Assembly (NCBI GenBank): GCA_902780535.1
Contig: CACZFT010000009.1
Span: 10,900 to 74,899 of the forward strand
From: an uncultured Selenomonas sp.
GTDB taxonomy: Bacteria > Bacillota > Negativicutes > Selenomonadales > Selenomonadaceae
Direction of reading: 5' to 3'
DNA: 64,000 nt
Shown here: positions 25,282 to 34,670 of the stretch, piece by piece
Numbering within the stretch: the stretch's first letter is position 1
How the letters are laid out: every line of letters starts with the position of its first letter
The notes under the pieces: model-generated
What the model saw: only the letters and a program-made list of their open reading frames with translations
Databases searched by the model: none
What the model was told of the DNA's origin: nothing
Made by a program: the position numbers and the translations under genes

Positions 25282-25597
25282 TGATGCTCACCTCCACCGT
25301 CGGGACGAGCCGTCCGGAAGCGTCTCCAGAAAATGAAATCTTCTCGATCCGGGCGCGTGGCTCGTAGTGACGAATCGCAGTAAAAATCTCGTTTGTGAGA
25401 AAAGCCTGCGCCTGCGGCATCGGCAGGTCGATTACACTGCCGTCGATGCCGAACGCTCTGTCGAGCGGGATCTGGCATTTGATGGTTGTCAGCAACGTCC
25501 TGACATTCTGCAAGACCTCTTCAGCGACGCTTGCCGGGGCGATGTTGATGCTCTTCGGCGGCCCTGTTGCCGTGACTCTGTAACTCACGCTGCACAC
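25268..25597 (-). CDS. baseplate wedge protein gpW/gp25-like
   Basis: 109 aa. IPLDRAFGIDGSVIDLP...TAIRHYEPRA pattern of the gp25/gpW lysozyme-like family. Confidence 0.75.
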   Translation of the reverse strand: MCSVSYRVTATGPPKSINIAPASVAEEVLQNVRTLLTTIKCQIPLDRAFGIDGSVIDLPMPQAQAFLTNEIFTAIRHYEPRARIEKISFSGDASGRLVPTVEVSINEVG

Positions 25598-25606
25598 CCC
25601 CTGTTA

Positions 25607-26074
25607 TTAAAAAATCTTTGCCAGCATGTTCCCAGCCGAGCCGTACAGCCCGATTTTCGACTGTTCCTCTTTGTAGTTTTCATCTGCGTATTCTTTAAGC
25701 TCTACATGTACTTTTGAATAAATCCTCTTGCCAGTCGGCCCATAATAGTTGTCTCCCTCCGACATGCTCATCAAGCGCCAATAATTCTGGCTGACTGGCC
25801 GCCCGCCGATGATGAGCGGAAATACCGCCCCTGTGTCGCGCATCTGCCGCAGCGTCCTGATCTCGTCGTCCGGGTCGATGTTGTGCATCTTTGACAGTAT
25901 GATGTCAAACGACACTGCCTCCAGCCCCGGCCCGAGGAACTCGCTCACCGGCTTTGCGTGAATGATGTCGTGATCCTGCCAGCGTGCCTCGCCCTGCTCC
26001 GCAAATGCCGAAGGCGTCATCAGATAATGGGACGACACGATAAAGACGACAGATCCCATGTAGCCGACGTACAT
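25607..26074 (-). CDS. phage tail protein (GpU-like, tentative)
   Basis: 155 aa between gpV and gpW. The FDIILSKMHNIDPDDEIRTLRQMRDTGAVFPLIIGG pattern is reminiscent of the P2 GpU family. Weak call. Confidence 0.45.
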   Translation of the reverse strand: MYVGYMGSVVFIVSSHYLMTPSAFAEQGEARWQDHDIIHAKPVSEFLGPGLEAVSFDIILSKMHNIDPDDEIRTLRQMRDTGAVFPLIIGGRPVSQNYWRLMSMSEGDNYYGPTGKRIYSKVHVELKEYADENYKEEQSKIGLYGSAGNMLAKIF

Positions 26075-26089
26075 AGTGTCTCGCCTCCT

Positions 26090-26572
26090 TTATTGCGGTC
26101 CCGCGGTCGTCGCGCCGCCCGGCAGCACGCCGCCATGGGCATGCCCGGCGAGGGAAATGCCGCTTGCTACAATGTCTCCTCCGCCTTTGACGGCGAATGT
26201 CCCCGCGTTGACTGTCAGCGTGCCGCCGATGTTGAGCGTGAGGTCTCCTGGATGGTCGAGCACGCGCGCCGAAGCCCCCGCCCCGCTAGGCGGCACATCA
26301 ACGCTACTGTAAAACGCACCAACGACGAAGCCGTCGCACGTCCCCCGTCCCGAGAAATTCGGGAGCGTGATGCACAGCACCTGATCTCCGACCGCTGGCA
26401 GCCAATAGTCTTTGCTTGCGTGTGTGCCACGCTGCAGCACAAACAGTTCCGCTGTCAACTTGTTGTCTTTGTCCGGTCGCACGACTTTTACCGTGCCGCC
26501 CGCCACGTTCTGCGAGCTGACCTCTCCGACAAACACCATGTTTTCTAGCATCCGCTTGGCGTCAGTATCCAT
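26090..26572 (-). CDS. baseplate assembly protein V (spike)
   Basis: GEVSSQNVAGGTVKV...WLPAVGDQVLC OB-fold spike pattern. ATG at 26572 with GGAGG 7 nt upstream. Confidence 0.75.
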   Translation of the reverse strand: MDTDAKRMLENMVFVGEVSSQNVAGGTVKVVRPDKDNKLTAELFVLQRGTHASKDYWLPAVGDQVLCITLPNFSGRGTCDGFVVGAFYSSVDVPPSGAGASARVLDHPGDLTLNIGGTLTVNAGTFAVKGGGDIVASGISLAGHAHGGVLPGGATTAGPQ

Positions 26573-27716
26573 CAAGGCACCTCCTCATATCTACGCTCAC
26601 CGTAAAGCCTCCGCCGAAGCGCAGCCCTACTTTCGTGATGATGTATTTCCCGTCGAACACGCCGAAGTTCTTGAGCTCTACCAATCCGCCCGCCGCATAG
26701 ATAAAATCTCCGTACGTTGAGAAGGACGCTGTTACTTCGTCCTTGTTCTGCTCGCGGAGTTTCTTCTTTGCGAGACGCTCTGCCTCTGCAACGGTCTCGC
26801 ACTGCTCGCTCACCTCCAGCGTCTGACCGTCTTTCTTGTCTGGCGCGGTAAACGTCGCCTCGATCTTTTCCTTATCCTTACCTTTTTGGTAGCAGACATG
26901 GCAGGCTTTATAGGTGTCACGTGTCTTTGCTTTGAGTGTATAAGCATCAAATTTCGACACTTTCCGCGGCATCTCTTCCGCGTCCGTCGGCGCTGTGAGC
27001 GGGACGGTGCCGGGATGGAAAAACATAATCTTCGCATCCCCTTTTTCCTGCATCTGCTCGTCGATGATGATGATTTTTTCGGCTGTGATTTTCAGCGCAA
27101 ATCCTGCATCCTTCACAACCTTCTGCAGAAAATCGAGATCGCTTTCGTCACTCTGCTCTACATGGTCGAGGTTCGGGTTGTCCTCGCAGTGCCATTCAAG
27201 TTCGAGATTATGCTCTTTTGCTATGTCGCTGGCGCATTTCCAGATCGATATATTTTCCCATGTCCGGTTTTTCTTTTCGCCGCGAAGGGAACCGTCGAAC
27301 GTTGTGCTGATGGCTTTGATTTGCACTGTAGCTGGCGGCATGTGCTCCTCAATCTCGTCAATCTCGAACGTCCCCAGTTTGTACTCTAGTTGTCCCTCGC
27401 CTAAGTTGTTGCGGTTGTACATGTAGAGCGTGATGTCTATTTTCGAGCCGCGCTGCGGGTACCAGTCAGACAACCAAAGCTGGGCTCGGTCCTCGAGTGT
27501 GAGTGTCACGTCGTCAACCTGTCCGATCATGTTGTCCGTATAGTCGATGGATAGGAGGTATTTTGTGAGCTCTGTCGTGATGTCCTGGGGATCGCCGCCC
27601 TTCGGCGTGTAGAGTACTTTCCCCCAGGCACGGAATGAGATCCCTGCCCCCGGTGTGAGGTCTCCCATCCACTTTGTGAGCAGGTTTCCGCCGTTCAGTG
27701 CGCCGAAAAAAGACAT
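26562..27716 (-). CDS. tail/baseplate hub protein gpD-like (late control D family)
   Basis: Start at MSFFGALNGG (27716; RBS GGAAGGAG). Size and position after gpX match the P2 gpD / Mu gp44 family. Confidence 0.7.
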   Translation of the reverse strand: MSFFGALNGGNLLTKWMGDLTPGAGISFRAWGKVLYTPKGGDPQDITTELTKYLLSIDYTDNMIGQVDDVTLTLEDRAQLWLSDWYPQRGSKIDITLYMYNRNNLGEGQLEYKLGTFEIDEIEEHMPPATVQIKAISTTFDGSLRGEKKNRTWENISIWKCASDIAKEHNLELEWHCEDNPNLDHVEQSDESDLDFLQKVVKDAGFALKITAEKIIIIDEQMQEKGDAKIMFFHPGTVPLTAPTDAEEMPRKVSKFDAYTLKAKTRDTYKACHVCYQKGKDKEKIEATFTAPDKKDGQTLEVSEQCETVAEAERLAKKKLREQNKDEVTASFSTYGDFIYAAGGLVELKNFGVFDGKYIITKVGLRFGGGFTVSVDMRRCLDGY

Positions 27717-27720
27717 CCTC

Positions 27721-27927
27721 TCACTCCTTCCATGGCGGCAAGAATCTGTTCCTGCCTGCGGATTTTGCATCCGGGCAAGTAAGCGTTACACCGGCCGGAA
27801 ATACGGCCATGTGTCGATAGCGCTCATTCGCGCGGAGGAGCTCCCTCATCTGCTTTTCGTTGCCGTATACTTTGTAGGCAATCATGTCCCACATGTCGCC
27901 CTGCACGGTCGTATATGTACTAGGCAA
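27721..27927 (-). CDS. tail protein X (LysM-like)
   Basis: 68 aa. YTTVQGDMWDMIAYKVYG...LLRAN pattern of P2 gpX. Confidence 0.7.
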   Translation of the reverse strand: MPSTYTTVQGDMWDMIAYKVYGNEKQMRELLRANERYRHMAVFPAGVTLTCPDAKSAGRNRFLPPWKE

Positions 27928-30505
27928 AAGAAAGCCTCCTCTCGTTCGCTCTCGCGTCCCTCAGCAGTCCGGGGAGTTCCGCCGCCAGCTGACGACGCAT
28001 CTCGTTGAGCGCCGCGCGCATATCTGTCACCGTTCCTGCATCTGCGTTCCCGCCGATGTTGATTGTCGGCGAGAAGTTGAGGCTGATGGTTTCTCCTCCC
28101 GTCTGCCCCCGCTCCATCACCGGTGCGATAGGCGGCGGGAGCGGCTCGGCAAGCGCCGCCGCTCCGTCCGTCGGCATGACGCCGAGCATCTGCCCCGCCG
28201 TCTGCCAGAGTGACATCGCACGGGCGCTGCGGTTGATCGGCACGATGACCTCTGGATCCCCTGCCTCGGCTACCCATGTCAGGTAGGGCTTCGTAAATAC
28301 GCCGCCAGTCGCCGACATGCCCGCTTCAGATGCCGCTGATTGAGCACTGCTGTCTCCGCCTTTGATAAAGTTCACGACTGCCGTGATCGGCGAGCTGAAA
28401 ATCCCTTTGAGGTAGTTCCATTTTTCTTCTGCCCACGCTACACCTTCATCCAACGTGGCTTCCATGTCGTTTATGACTCCTTCTACCGTGGCGACAATGG
28501 CGTCCCATGCGCTCGATGCAGTCGATGAGATATAGTCCCACTGGTTCGCACACCACGCGCCAGCCGCTCCGATGACCTCCATGATGACGCCGCCGACGTA
28601 CGCCACTTCGTTTGCGATAAAATTCCATGCTGCGTCGAACGCGGCGCGTACTGTCTCGTTCGTGTTGTAAAGGTAAACGAGTGCCCCGATAAGCGCCATG
28701 ATTGCAAGCACGACAATCATGACCGGATTAAGGCTCATGATCAAGTTGAGGGCTGCCTGCGCCGCAGTTGCGGCTCTTGTTACAATGCTGAGCCCGCCGA
28801 GCGCCGCCTGGAGCACCCCGAGGGACGCCGCTACCCATTGTGCAAGTGAGACAATGACCGCCAGGCCGAGAGCCGCAAGCACGATTCCTGTGATCCCTGC
28901 CGCGACAAGTAGCAAAGTCGCAACCAGATTCGGATTTTCGGATGCCCATTTTGACAATGTCTTAATAAACGGCGTAACTGCTCCGAGCGCTTTTTGGATA
29001 TACGGCAGCAAGAGATTTCCCACAGATATCCCAAGTGCCTCTACCGCATTTTTAGCCAACTGGAGCTGGTTTTCTGTGGTCTGGCTGCGCGCCGCATACT
29101 CTTGCTCCATGCTACCGGCATACTGTGAAGCATCCCCAACTTTGTTAAAGTTATCCTGCAAGTTGTCGAGGTTCGAGAGGAGCGGCGCGATAGCGTTGAT
29201 GGACTCCTGTCCGAAGAGGTCTTTGAGAACGCCTGCCTGCTGCTCTTTTGGCAGTGCCTGCAATGCCTTCATGACATCCAAGATGGCGCCTTTTGCATCC
29301 GTCTGCATCCGCTTTGCCATGTCCTCCGCTGAGAATCCCAGGGCCTGGAATGCCTCTTTCTGTGTGTTTGTAGCACTTGCGCCAGTCGTCATGCCGAGAA
29401 TGAGGTTTTTGATGCCGGTTGCTGCGACTTCAGACGGGATCCCGACGCCCGCCATGCTGGCACCGAGCGCGGCAATCTCGCCCGAGGCGACACCGCCGAC
29501 CTCTCCGAGCGGGCCAACACGCGTCACGATATCAGAGATGATTGGTGCACTTGCCGCCGTTGTGTTGCCGAGATAGTTGATCTTATCTGCCAGGTCAACG
29601 ACGTCACTCTGGTTCATTTTGAACGCCGTGCGCCACTTTGCCATCATGTCGCCCGCCTGGTCAGCCGTCACGTCGAATGCGATACCCATTTTGACAGCGC
29701 TCTCGGCAAAGTCCATCAGGTCTTCGCGCGCAATGCCGGACTGCCCGCCCGCCGCGACGATCTTTGCGATGTCATCTGCTGCCATTGGCAAACGCTGCGA
29801 CAGTTGCAGCACATCATCAGACATTTCCTTGAATTGTTGCGGCGTATCAAAGTCGACTACCTTTCGCACATCCGCCATAGCGGACTCGAACTTGATCGCC
29901 GCATCTGCCGCGTCGAATAGAGGTTCTGTCAATGTGTGTGCAAGGTTGATCCCGCCCTGCAGGTTTACATTCGCAGCGGCAAGACGTTGGGACGCAACGT
30001 CTTGGTTTTCTTTTGCGGCATTTCTGCGCGACAGTGTAGACCTTGCGTCGCTGTTTTTGGCGATTGCCGTCTGCAGCCGCTTTTGGCTATCCGCAAATTT
30101 ATCCGTTGAGAATCCTGCTTGCTGCAACTCCTCGCGTATGCGTGCAAGTTTTCCCTCCTCATCTGCAAGGGCGGATGAGAGCTGACGGACGTCTTTTTCA
30201 GCCGCGCTATACGCCTTCTGTGCCTGCCGCGTTGCGCCGCCCGTCTGGAACAAAGCCGCCGTTGCGGATCCTAGTGCGCCTTTTGCCGTCTCAAGCTGTG
30301 CGCGCATCTGCTGCACGGATTGCGCGGTTTTTGCAAACGCCTTTGCGTTTCCCTCGATGCTTTTCAGTTGTGCGGCCTTGCGGTTCAGCTCTTCCATGCT
30401 GGCAGATGCCTGCCTGAGCGACGCAGGAAGTGATCCCTCCACCTTTCCCTTGATGGCGATTGCCAGCTCCATAATTCTCCCAGCCACTACCTGCTTCACC
30501 TCCAA
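27920..30505 (-). CDS. tail tape measure protein
   Basis: 861 aa, coiled-coil N-terminus, central hydrophobic block, Ala/Gly-rich. Follows the chaperone pair. The true start may be the ATG at 30472. Confidence 0.85.
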   Translation of the reverse strand: MEVKQVVAGRIMELAIAIKGKVEGSLPASLRQASASMEELNRKAAQLKSIEGNAKAFAKTAQSVQQMRAQLETAKGALGSATAALFQTGGATRQAQKAYSAAEKDVRQLSSALADEEGKLARIREELQQAGFSTDKFADSQKRLQTAIAKNSDARSTLSRRNAAKENQDVASQRLAAANVNLQGGINLAHTLTEPLFDAADAAIKFESAMADVRKVVDFDTPQQFKEMSDDVLQLSQRLPMAADDIAKIVAAGGQSGIAREDLMDFAESAVKMGIAFDVTADQAGDMMAKWRTAFKMNQSDVVDLADKINYLGNTTAASAPIISDIVTRVGPLGEVGGVASGEIAALGASMAGVGIPSEVAATGIKNLILGMTTGASATNTQKEAFQALGFSAEDMAKRMQTDAKGAILDVMKALQALPKEQQAGVLKDLFGQESINAIAPLLSNLDNLQDNFNKVGDASQYAGSMEQEYAARSQTTENQLQLAKNAVEALGISVGNLLLPYIQKALGAVTPFIKTLSKWASENPNLVATLLLVAAGITGIVLAALGLAVIVSLAQWVAASLGVLQAALGGLSIVTRAATAAQAALNLIMSLNPVMIVVLAIMALIGALVYLYNTNETVRAAFDAAWNFIANEVAYVGGVIMEVIGAAGAWCANQWDYISSTASSAWDAIVATVEGVINDMEATLDEGVAWAEEKWNYLKGIFSSPITAVVNFIKGGDSSAQSAASEAGMSATGGVFTKPYLTWVAEAGDPEVIVPINRSARAMSLWQTAGQMLGVMPTDGAAALAEPLPPPIAPVMERGQTGGETISLNFSPTINIGGNADAGTVTDMRAALNEMRRQLAAELPGLLRDARANERRLSFA

Positions 30506-30507
30506 TA

Positions 30508-30516
30508 TGATATAAT
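30508..30516 (+). promoter_or_regulatory. extended -10 promoter (TGaTATAAT) for the antisense moron
   Basis: ccaataTGaTATAATaaag, 26 nt upstream of the ATG at 30542. Confidence 0.4.
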
Positions 30517-30541
30517 AAAGAAAAAGAGAAAGGGCGTGTTT

Positions 30542-30811
30542 ATGATGCTATGGTGGTCGCCTCCTCGTAAATCCCCTTGCAGATGCGGGTCAGACAATCC
30601 AGATCGCATCTACGATTGCAAGCATTGCGAGCATTATCATAGGGACTGTGAGTATTGCCACACGATTGACTGGGCACTCGAAAACGAGAAATACGATATG
30701 CTTCCCCACGAATTGCAGAAACGCCTTTCCGATAAGGTTTCAGAAGAAATGGGCAAGTGTCTTAAGGATATCGAGGAAAGTATCCGAGCGTATGAGAAAC
30801 ATCCATTCTAA
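30542..30811 (+). CDS. 89-aa Cys/His-rich protein encoded antisense to the tail operon (moron)
   Basis: MMLWWSPPRKSPCRCGSDNPDRIYDCKHCEHYHRDCEYCHTIDW... then an acidic helical tail. Lower GC than its neighbours. Has its own promoter and a strong terminator. Confidence 0.55.
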   Translation: MMLWWSPPRKSPCRCGSDNPDRIYDCKHCEHYHRDCEYCHTIDWALENEKYDMLPHELQKRLSDKVSEEMGKCLKDIEESIRAYEKHPF

Positions 30812-30836
30812 GCCCCGCGCAAGCGGGGTCTTTTTT
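30812..30836 (+). terminator. rho-independent terminator of the moron
   Basis: GCCCCGC GCAA GCGGGGT stem-loop followed by CTTTTTTATT. Confidence 0.7.
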
Positions 30837-30840
30837 ATTC

Positions 30841-31029
30841 TCATTTTTCCCTCGCGCTCTTCGCCTGTTTGTCCTCCGCCTTGATCTCCGCATTGATTGT
30901 TTCGATCCATTTGCAGTAGTTACTCATAGGCAGGTCGAGAAAGTAGCTCATTGGTGTTTCGCTGTACTTTGCCATGCGCAGCGTGTTGCCTCTGATGTCC
31001 TCGATCACTCGCCTCAGCGGAATAAAAAA
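30841..31029 (-). CDS. -1 frameshift extension of the tail chaperone (gpE'-like)
   Basis: The -1 frame is open from the slippery site to 30841. The extension ...IPLRRVIEDIRGNTLRMAKYSETPMSYFLDLPMSNYCKWIE... resembles the conserved gpE' tail. Confidence 0.55.
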   Translation of the reverse strand, partial: FFIPLRRVIEDIRGNTLRMAKYSETPMSYFLDLPMSNYCKWIETINAEIKAEDKQAKSAREK

Positions 31030-31364
31030 CCCTGTGCCTTGACGCAAAGTGCGTTGAAGTCACTTCCTGAGAGTTCGAGCGCCTCATCATACTTGATACC
31101 GGCGGCCGCCGCGCCGACAAGCGCCTGATAGACAAGCGAGAGCGAGAGTACCATGACCGCCGGATCGAGTTTTCTCGCCCGTTTCTCGCAAGCGATGAGC
31201 ACACGCCCGTTGATGCGGTCAAAGTCAAGGATGAGCACGTCCTTGCCGTTGAGCGGTTTGCTCAGGTGAATGGCATTTCCATTGTCGATAATCTCCGGCT
31301 CTACCGTCGTGACAGTGCTATCCGCCACCACTTCCGCAGTATCCTGTTTTTCCTTTTCATCCAT
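31014..31364 (-). CDS. tail assembly chaperone (gpE-like)
   Basis: 116 aa, acidic N-terminus, located between tube and tape measure. Ends just after a slippery heptamer. Confidence 0.65.
   Translation of the reverse strand: MDEKEKQDTAEVVADSTVTTVEPEIIDNGNAIHLSKPLNGKDVLILDFDRINGRVLIACEKRARKLDPAVMVLSLSLVYQALVGAAAAGIKYDEALELSGSDFNALCVKAQGFLFR
31023..31029 (-). promoter_or_regulatory. programmed -1 frameshift slippery heptamer T_TTT_TTA
   Basis: Minus strand reads CAG GGT TTT TTA TTC in the zero frame. Fits the X_XXY_YYZ rule at the conserved chaperone position. Confidence 0.6.
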
Positions 31365-31378
31365 TTTCCATCACTCCC

Positions 31379-31906
31379 TTACATACCGATGTTCTTGCGT
31401 ACTTCTGCGAGGAGGTCCACACCATTTACGACCGCCTTGTAGCCGTATTTATCAATCTCGCAAAGCTCTTTGCTGCCGATGGAGATTTTGATGTAGTGCA
31501 CCTCAATGGTCGTCTTGCTCTCCATTGCCTCGCCGGCTTTCAGCGTGCCCGGATCGTGCGACTTTACGCGTCCTCGCAGTACGACGTGATAGCACTCATG
31601 CGCATACTCACTCTGTCCGCCGTCGTAGCTCTGCAGGTCTGCGTAAGCATCAAGGCTCGTCGTCGTACCAGCGACGAGCCGCGTGCTCGTACGCGTGGGG
31701 AGCTGCCAAGTGAGCTCGGCCTCCATACTGTCAAAATGTCCCTCAATCGGCGCAGAGATTTTGCCCGCAATGCCGATACCCTCGATATCAGCCGTGAGGC
31801 CGCTGAGCTCCGGGAGCTTCATCTCCTTGCAGCCGATCATATCATCCGCGCCGTTGAGGTAGACGCGCATGTCATTGATTGCCTCTGGGATTACATTAGT
31901 CGCCAT
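31379..31906 (-). CDS. major tail tube protein (FII-like)
   Basis: 175 aa, directly downstream of the sheath gene. Pattern matches contractile-tail tube proteins. Confidence 0.8.
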   Translation of the reverse strand: MATNVIPEAINDMRVYLNGADDMIGCKEMKLPELSGLTADIEGIGIAGKISAPIEGHFDSMEAELTWQLPTRTSTRLVAGTTTSLDAYADLQSYDGGQSEYAHECYHVVLRGRVKSHDPGTLKAGEAMESKTTIEVHYIKISIGSKELCEIDKYGYKAVVNGVDLLAEVRKNIGM

Positions 31907-31921
31907 AGATGACTCCCTCCT

Positions 31922-33400
31922 TTACTCAAAGAGCGTGCTGAAGTTGCTGACATCATACTCAAAGATGTCGTCGATTTCCTGCGCTGGCACCGGCGGCGTG
32001 ATGTACGAATGGAACCGGATGATGCCCTGCAGGAGATCCGTCGTCGGATTGTCGCGCTCGCGGAACTCTACGCGAGCGCCCAGCAGGTAGCCGCGCGCTA
32101 CAAGCCCGTTGAGCCGGATTGTCTCGCTATCGACGATTGTCCGGATAAGGCGCGGCGTGAGCGGCTGATCCACCTTCTGCCAATACGTCAGGATGAACGT
32201 CTGGTACTGCCAGTTGAACATGCGGCGCACGCAAATGAAACTGTCTTTTACGTCGGTGTTCGACGGATACGCCCCCGTATAATTCCCCCACGACTTCCAA
32301 CCGCCGTTGAAGTTGAGCCCCGTCATGATGCCTTGCGAGTTGAGCAGGTTCGCCTGCGGCAGCGACAGCGTGACCTCTTTCCCGTCTGCGAGGCAAAGCC
32401 CCGTCGCCTGCATACCCTGGTTCGACGGCGACTGGTACGGTACGTCAGCATTTGCCGCATCGACTACGCCGATAATGCCCATGATATGCGTGCTCATGTG
32501 GAAAATCATGTCTCCCTGTCTGACGCACGGCCAGCAAACGACTTGGTTGTTTGCGGTGTAGCTGTTTTTGTTTTTCCACTCGTTTGCCTGCTGATAATTT
32601 GTGACCTCTCTTGTGTCGATATCTGCGATCGTGATGCACGGGAAAAGGCCGCTGATTTTCTGTGCCTTTGCCTTCATGACAGCCGCAACCGTCGGATTTT
32701 CAGAGAACCCCGGTGCAAGAATCATACCCGGAACAAGGGAGAGCATCGTATAGATGGCGTCAATCAGTTCCAGTCCTTTAGACGATCCGTCCACAGAGGC
32801 GCCGCCAATCACATCATTCGCAGTGACCGCCGATGGGTCAACCTCGTCATACGTGAGATAGACAGACGTTGCGCTCTTGAGTGCACCCGTGGCAAGCGCT
32901 GTAACGATGAGCCTGCCGTCATCGTCATAGGCCGCCGTGTAGTCCGTGCCCTCTGTGAGCGCTGCCTCGCTTTCTGCTGTCGCTTTGACGGTCAGGGTGC
33001 TCAATAAAACTGGTTTTCCGACAACTGCCTCTTTGCCGTTGCCGTCTGTCTTCGCCGCGAGTGCGTGCTCATCGTTCGTGACGCTCTTTTTGTGCTTTTC
33101 CGGATCGAGAACGTTGACGAACACGATCGGCGCGACGGCGTAGAGCTTGAACTCGCTGTACATCGCCTCGCACAGAGTGTACTTGTCCCAGTCGCCGCTA
33201 TACCCGAGCGCCTTGACGGCCTCATCCCAGGAGTAGCAGATGACCGGCTTATTTACATGGGCCGCAGGATCATCCGTGAGGTGAACCGGCGCTGTGCCGA
33301 ACACAACGGGGAGCCCTGCGGTTGTATTTACCGGCGTCACAATGGAGGTCGGCACTTCGCTCGCCCTCGCGCCGTGGAAGTATGCCATATTATTTGCCAC
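31922..33400 (-). CDS. tail sheath protein (FI-like)
   Basis: 492 aa. N-terminus MANNMAYFHGARASEVPTSIVTPV...AGLPVVFGTAP is typical of myophage sheath proteins. Confidence 0.85.
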   Translation of the reverse strand: MANNMAYFHGARASEVPTSIVTPVNTTAGLPVVFGTAPVHLTDDPAAHVNKPVICYSWDEAVKALGYSGDWDKYTLCEAMYSEFKLYAVAPIVFVNVLDPEKHKKSVTNDEHALAAKTDGNGKEAVVGKPVLLSTLTVKATAESEAALTEGTDYTAAYDDDGRLIVTALATGALKSATSVYLTYDEVDPSAVTANDVIGGASVDGSSKGLELIDAIYTMLSLVPGMILAPGFSENPTVAAVMKAKAQKISGLFPCITIADIDTREVTNYQQANEWKNKNSYTANNQVVCWPCVRQGDMIFHMSTHIMGIIGVVDAANADVPYQSPSNQGMQATGLCLADGKEVTLSLPQANLLNSQGIMTGLNFNGGWKSWGNYTGAYPSNTDVKDSFICVRRMFNWQYQTFILTYWQKVDQPLTPRLIRTIVDSETIRLNGLVARGYLLGARVEFRERDNPTTDLLQGIIRFHSYITPPVPAQEIDDIFEYDVSNFSTLFE

Positions 33401-33650
33401 CTTTCTTTTCTTTGTGCTCCGTCAGCGCTTTTTTGTAAAAGACGTTAAGCGCGGAGCCTGTTCTGCCGATTTCCCGCCGCGCATCATTGAGACGCTCCGG
33501 CGGTACGAATAGATGCTGATAGATAGGGTGCGCCGCGTATGCACTCGGCGCACCCTCCTCGTATACCCCGTATGTCATGAGTCCGAGCTCGCGAAAAGTC
33601 GGACCGACATAAACTACGGGGCCGCGTTTCTTTTTCATGTTTTTTGCCAC
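33390..33650 (-). CDS. hypothetical phage protein
   Basis: 86-aa ORF between the connector genes and the sheath gene. Confidence 0.45.
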   Translation of the reverse strand: MAKNMKKKRGPVVYVGPTFRELGLMTYGVYEEGAPSAYAAHPIYQHLFVPPERLNDARREIGRTGSALNVFYKKALTEHKEKKGGK

Positions 33651-34150
33651 CTCGATGCGTACTTATCGAGCGTCGGGTTTCCCGCCCGCGGGTGCGGCAC
33701 GAAGACGTCGAACTCCATGAGCCCGATCCACTGAGGATACGGCATATCATCCGGGATGGTCGTCTTGATGCCGCCCGCAATCCAGTAACGATTACGTGTA
33801 GGCTGGAGCATGAGGAGCTGTGCCCGCACAAACTCCAAGACCTGAAAAAGCGAATCGGCGCCGTGCACGAGGTCATCGTCATAGACCGTGACATACACCA
33901 CAATGGATACCTTGCTCTGCTCTCGTTCGTCCGTTACCATTTCCGGCCGCACCACGACGGCAGGGCACAGCTTTCGGGCCTGTTCGTTTGTCCGTGCGCG
34001 CGGCAGAAATCCCGCATAGACGCGGAATTCCCTGATCCCTTTCGTTCCGTCACTGTGGATAACCGTCACGTGCTCGTCATGTTCCTGCATCTTCTCCGCT
34101 ATGAACTCAGCCAGCCCACGTGCTACATCAAGCGGTGTAAATATCGCCAT
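33635..34150 (-). CDS. tail completion/terminator-like protein (tentative)
   Basis: Start moved to MAIFTPLDVARGL (34150). The longer track ORF upstream is an out-of-frame overlap with the neighbouring gene. Confidence 0.5.
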   Translation of the reverse strand: MAIFTPLDVARGLAEFIAEKMQEHDEHVTVIHSDGTKGIREFRVYAGFLPRARTNEQARKLCPAVVVRPEMVTDEREQSKVSIVVYVTVYDDDLVHGADSLFQVLEFVRAQLLMLQPTRNRYWIAGGIKTTIPDDMPYPQWIGLMEFDVFVPHPRAGNPTLDKYASRWQKT

Positions 34151-34151
34151 C

Positions 34152-34670
34152 TCACGCACCTCCCAGCAGCCGGTCAATCTCGTGGTAAAGGCGGCTCTCA
34201 AAAACCTCGCTGCCGCGCTCCTCCATCGCCTCGAGCACTTCCGGGTTTCCAAAAAGCTGAGGTACCGCAGGACCATAGATGCCTTTGAGCGGGTAGCGGG
34301 CCTTTCCTTCACGCGCGAGGAAGTTACCTCCCAGCTCGAAGGAGCGCGGCACGCGTACGCCCTGCCCGCGCTTGACAGTCGCGAATATGCCATAGGACTT
34401 CTTCGCGGCCTTGTATTTCTTGATATTTTCAGTCGGCCCTTTGATTTCCAGCACGCTGCCGTCTCCAGTTTTCTTGATGGCCGCCCGCCGTTTGAGATCC
34501 CCCGACTTGATTGTGTAGATGCCACGGAGACGCTTCGTGCCCGCCGTGCGCGCTGCCGTAGCAGCACGTTTCGATGCAGAGGCTACAGCTCGGTAGACGT
34601 TCGTCGGCGCAAGCCGATTCAGCGTATTGACGAGTTCTCGATCTGCGCTGATACTAATCTCTATGGCCAC
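34152..34670 (-). CDS. head-tail connector / minor tail protein (tentative)
   Basis: 172 aa, basic, at the position of neck proteins. Confidence 0.5.
   Translation of the reverse strand: MAIEISISADRELVNTLNRLAPTNVYRAVASASKRAATAARTAGTKRLRGIYTIKSGDLKRRAAIKKTGDGSVLEIKGPTENIKKYKAAKKSYGIFATVKRGQGVRVPRSFELGGNFLAREGKARYPLKGIYGPAVPQLFGNPEVLEAMEERGSEVFESRLYHEIDRLLGGA

Noticed and set aside
33635-34567. 310-aa version of the ORF ending at 33635
   Set aside because: The N-terminal 139 residues are Arg/Ser-rich and overlap gene 34152-34670 out of frame. A clean start, MAIFTPLD, exists at 34150.
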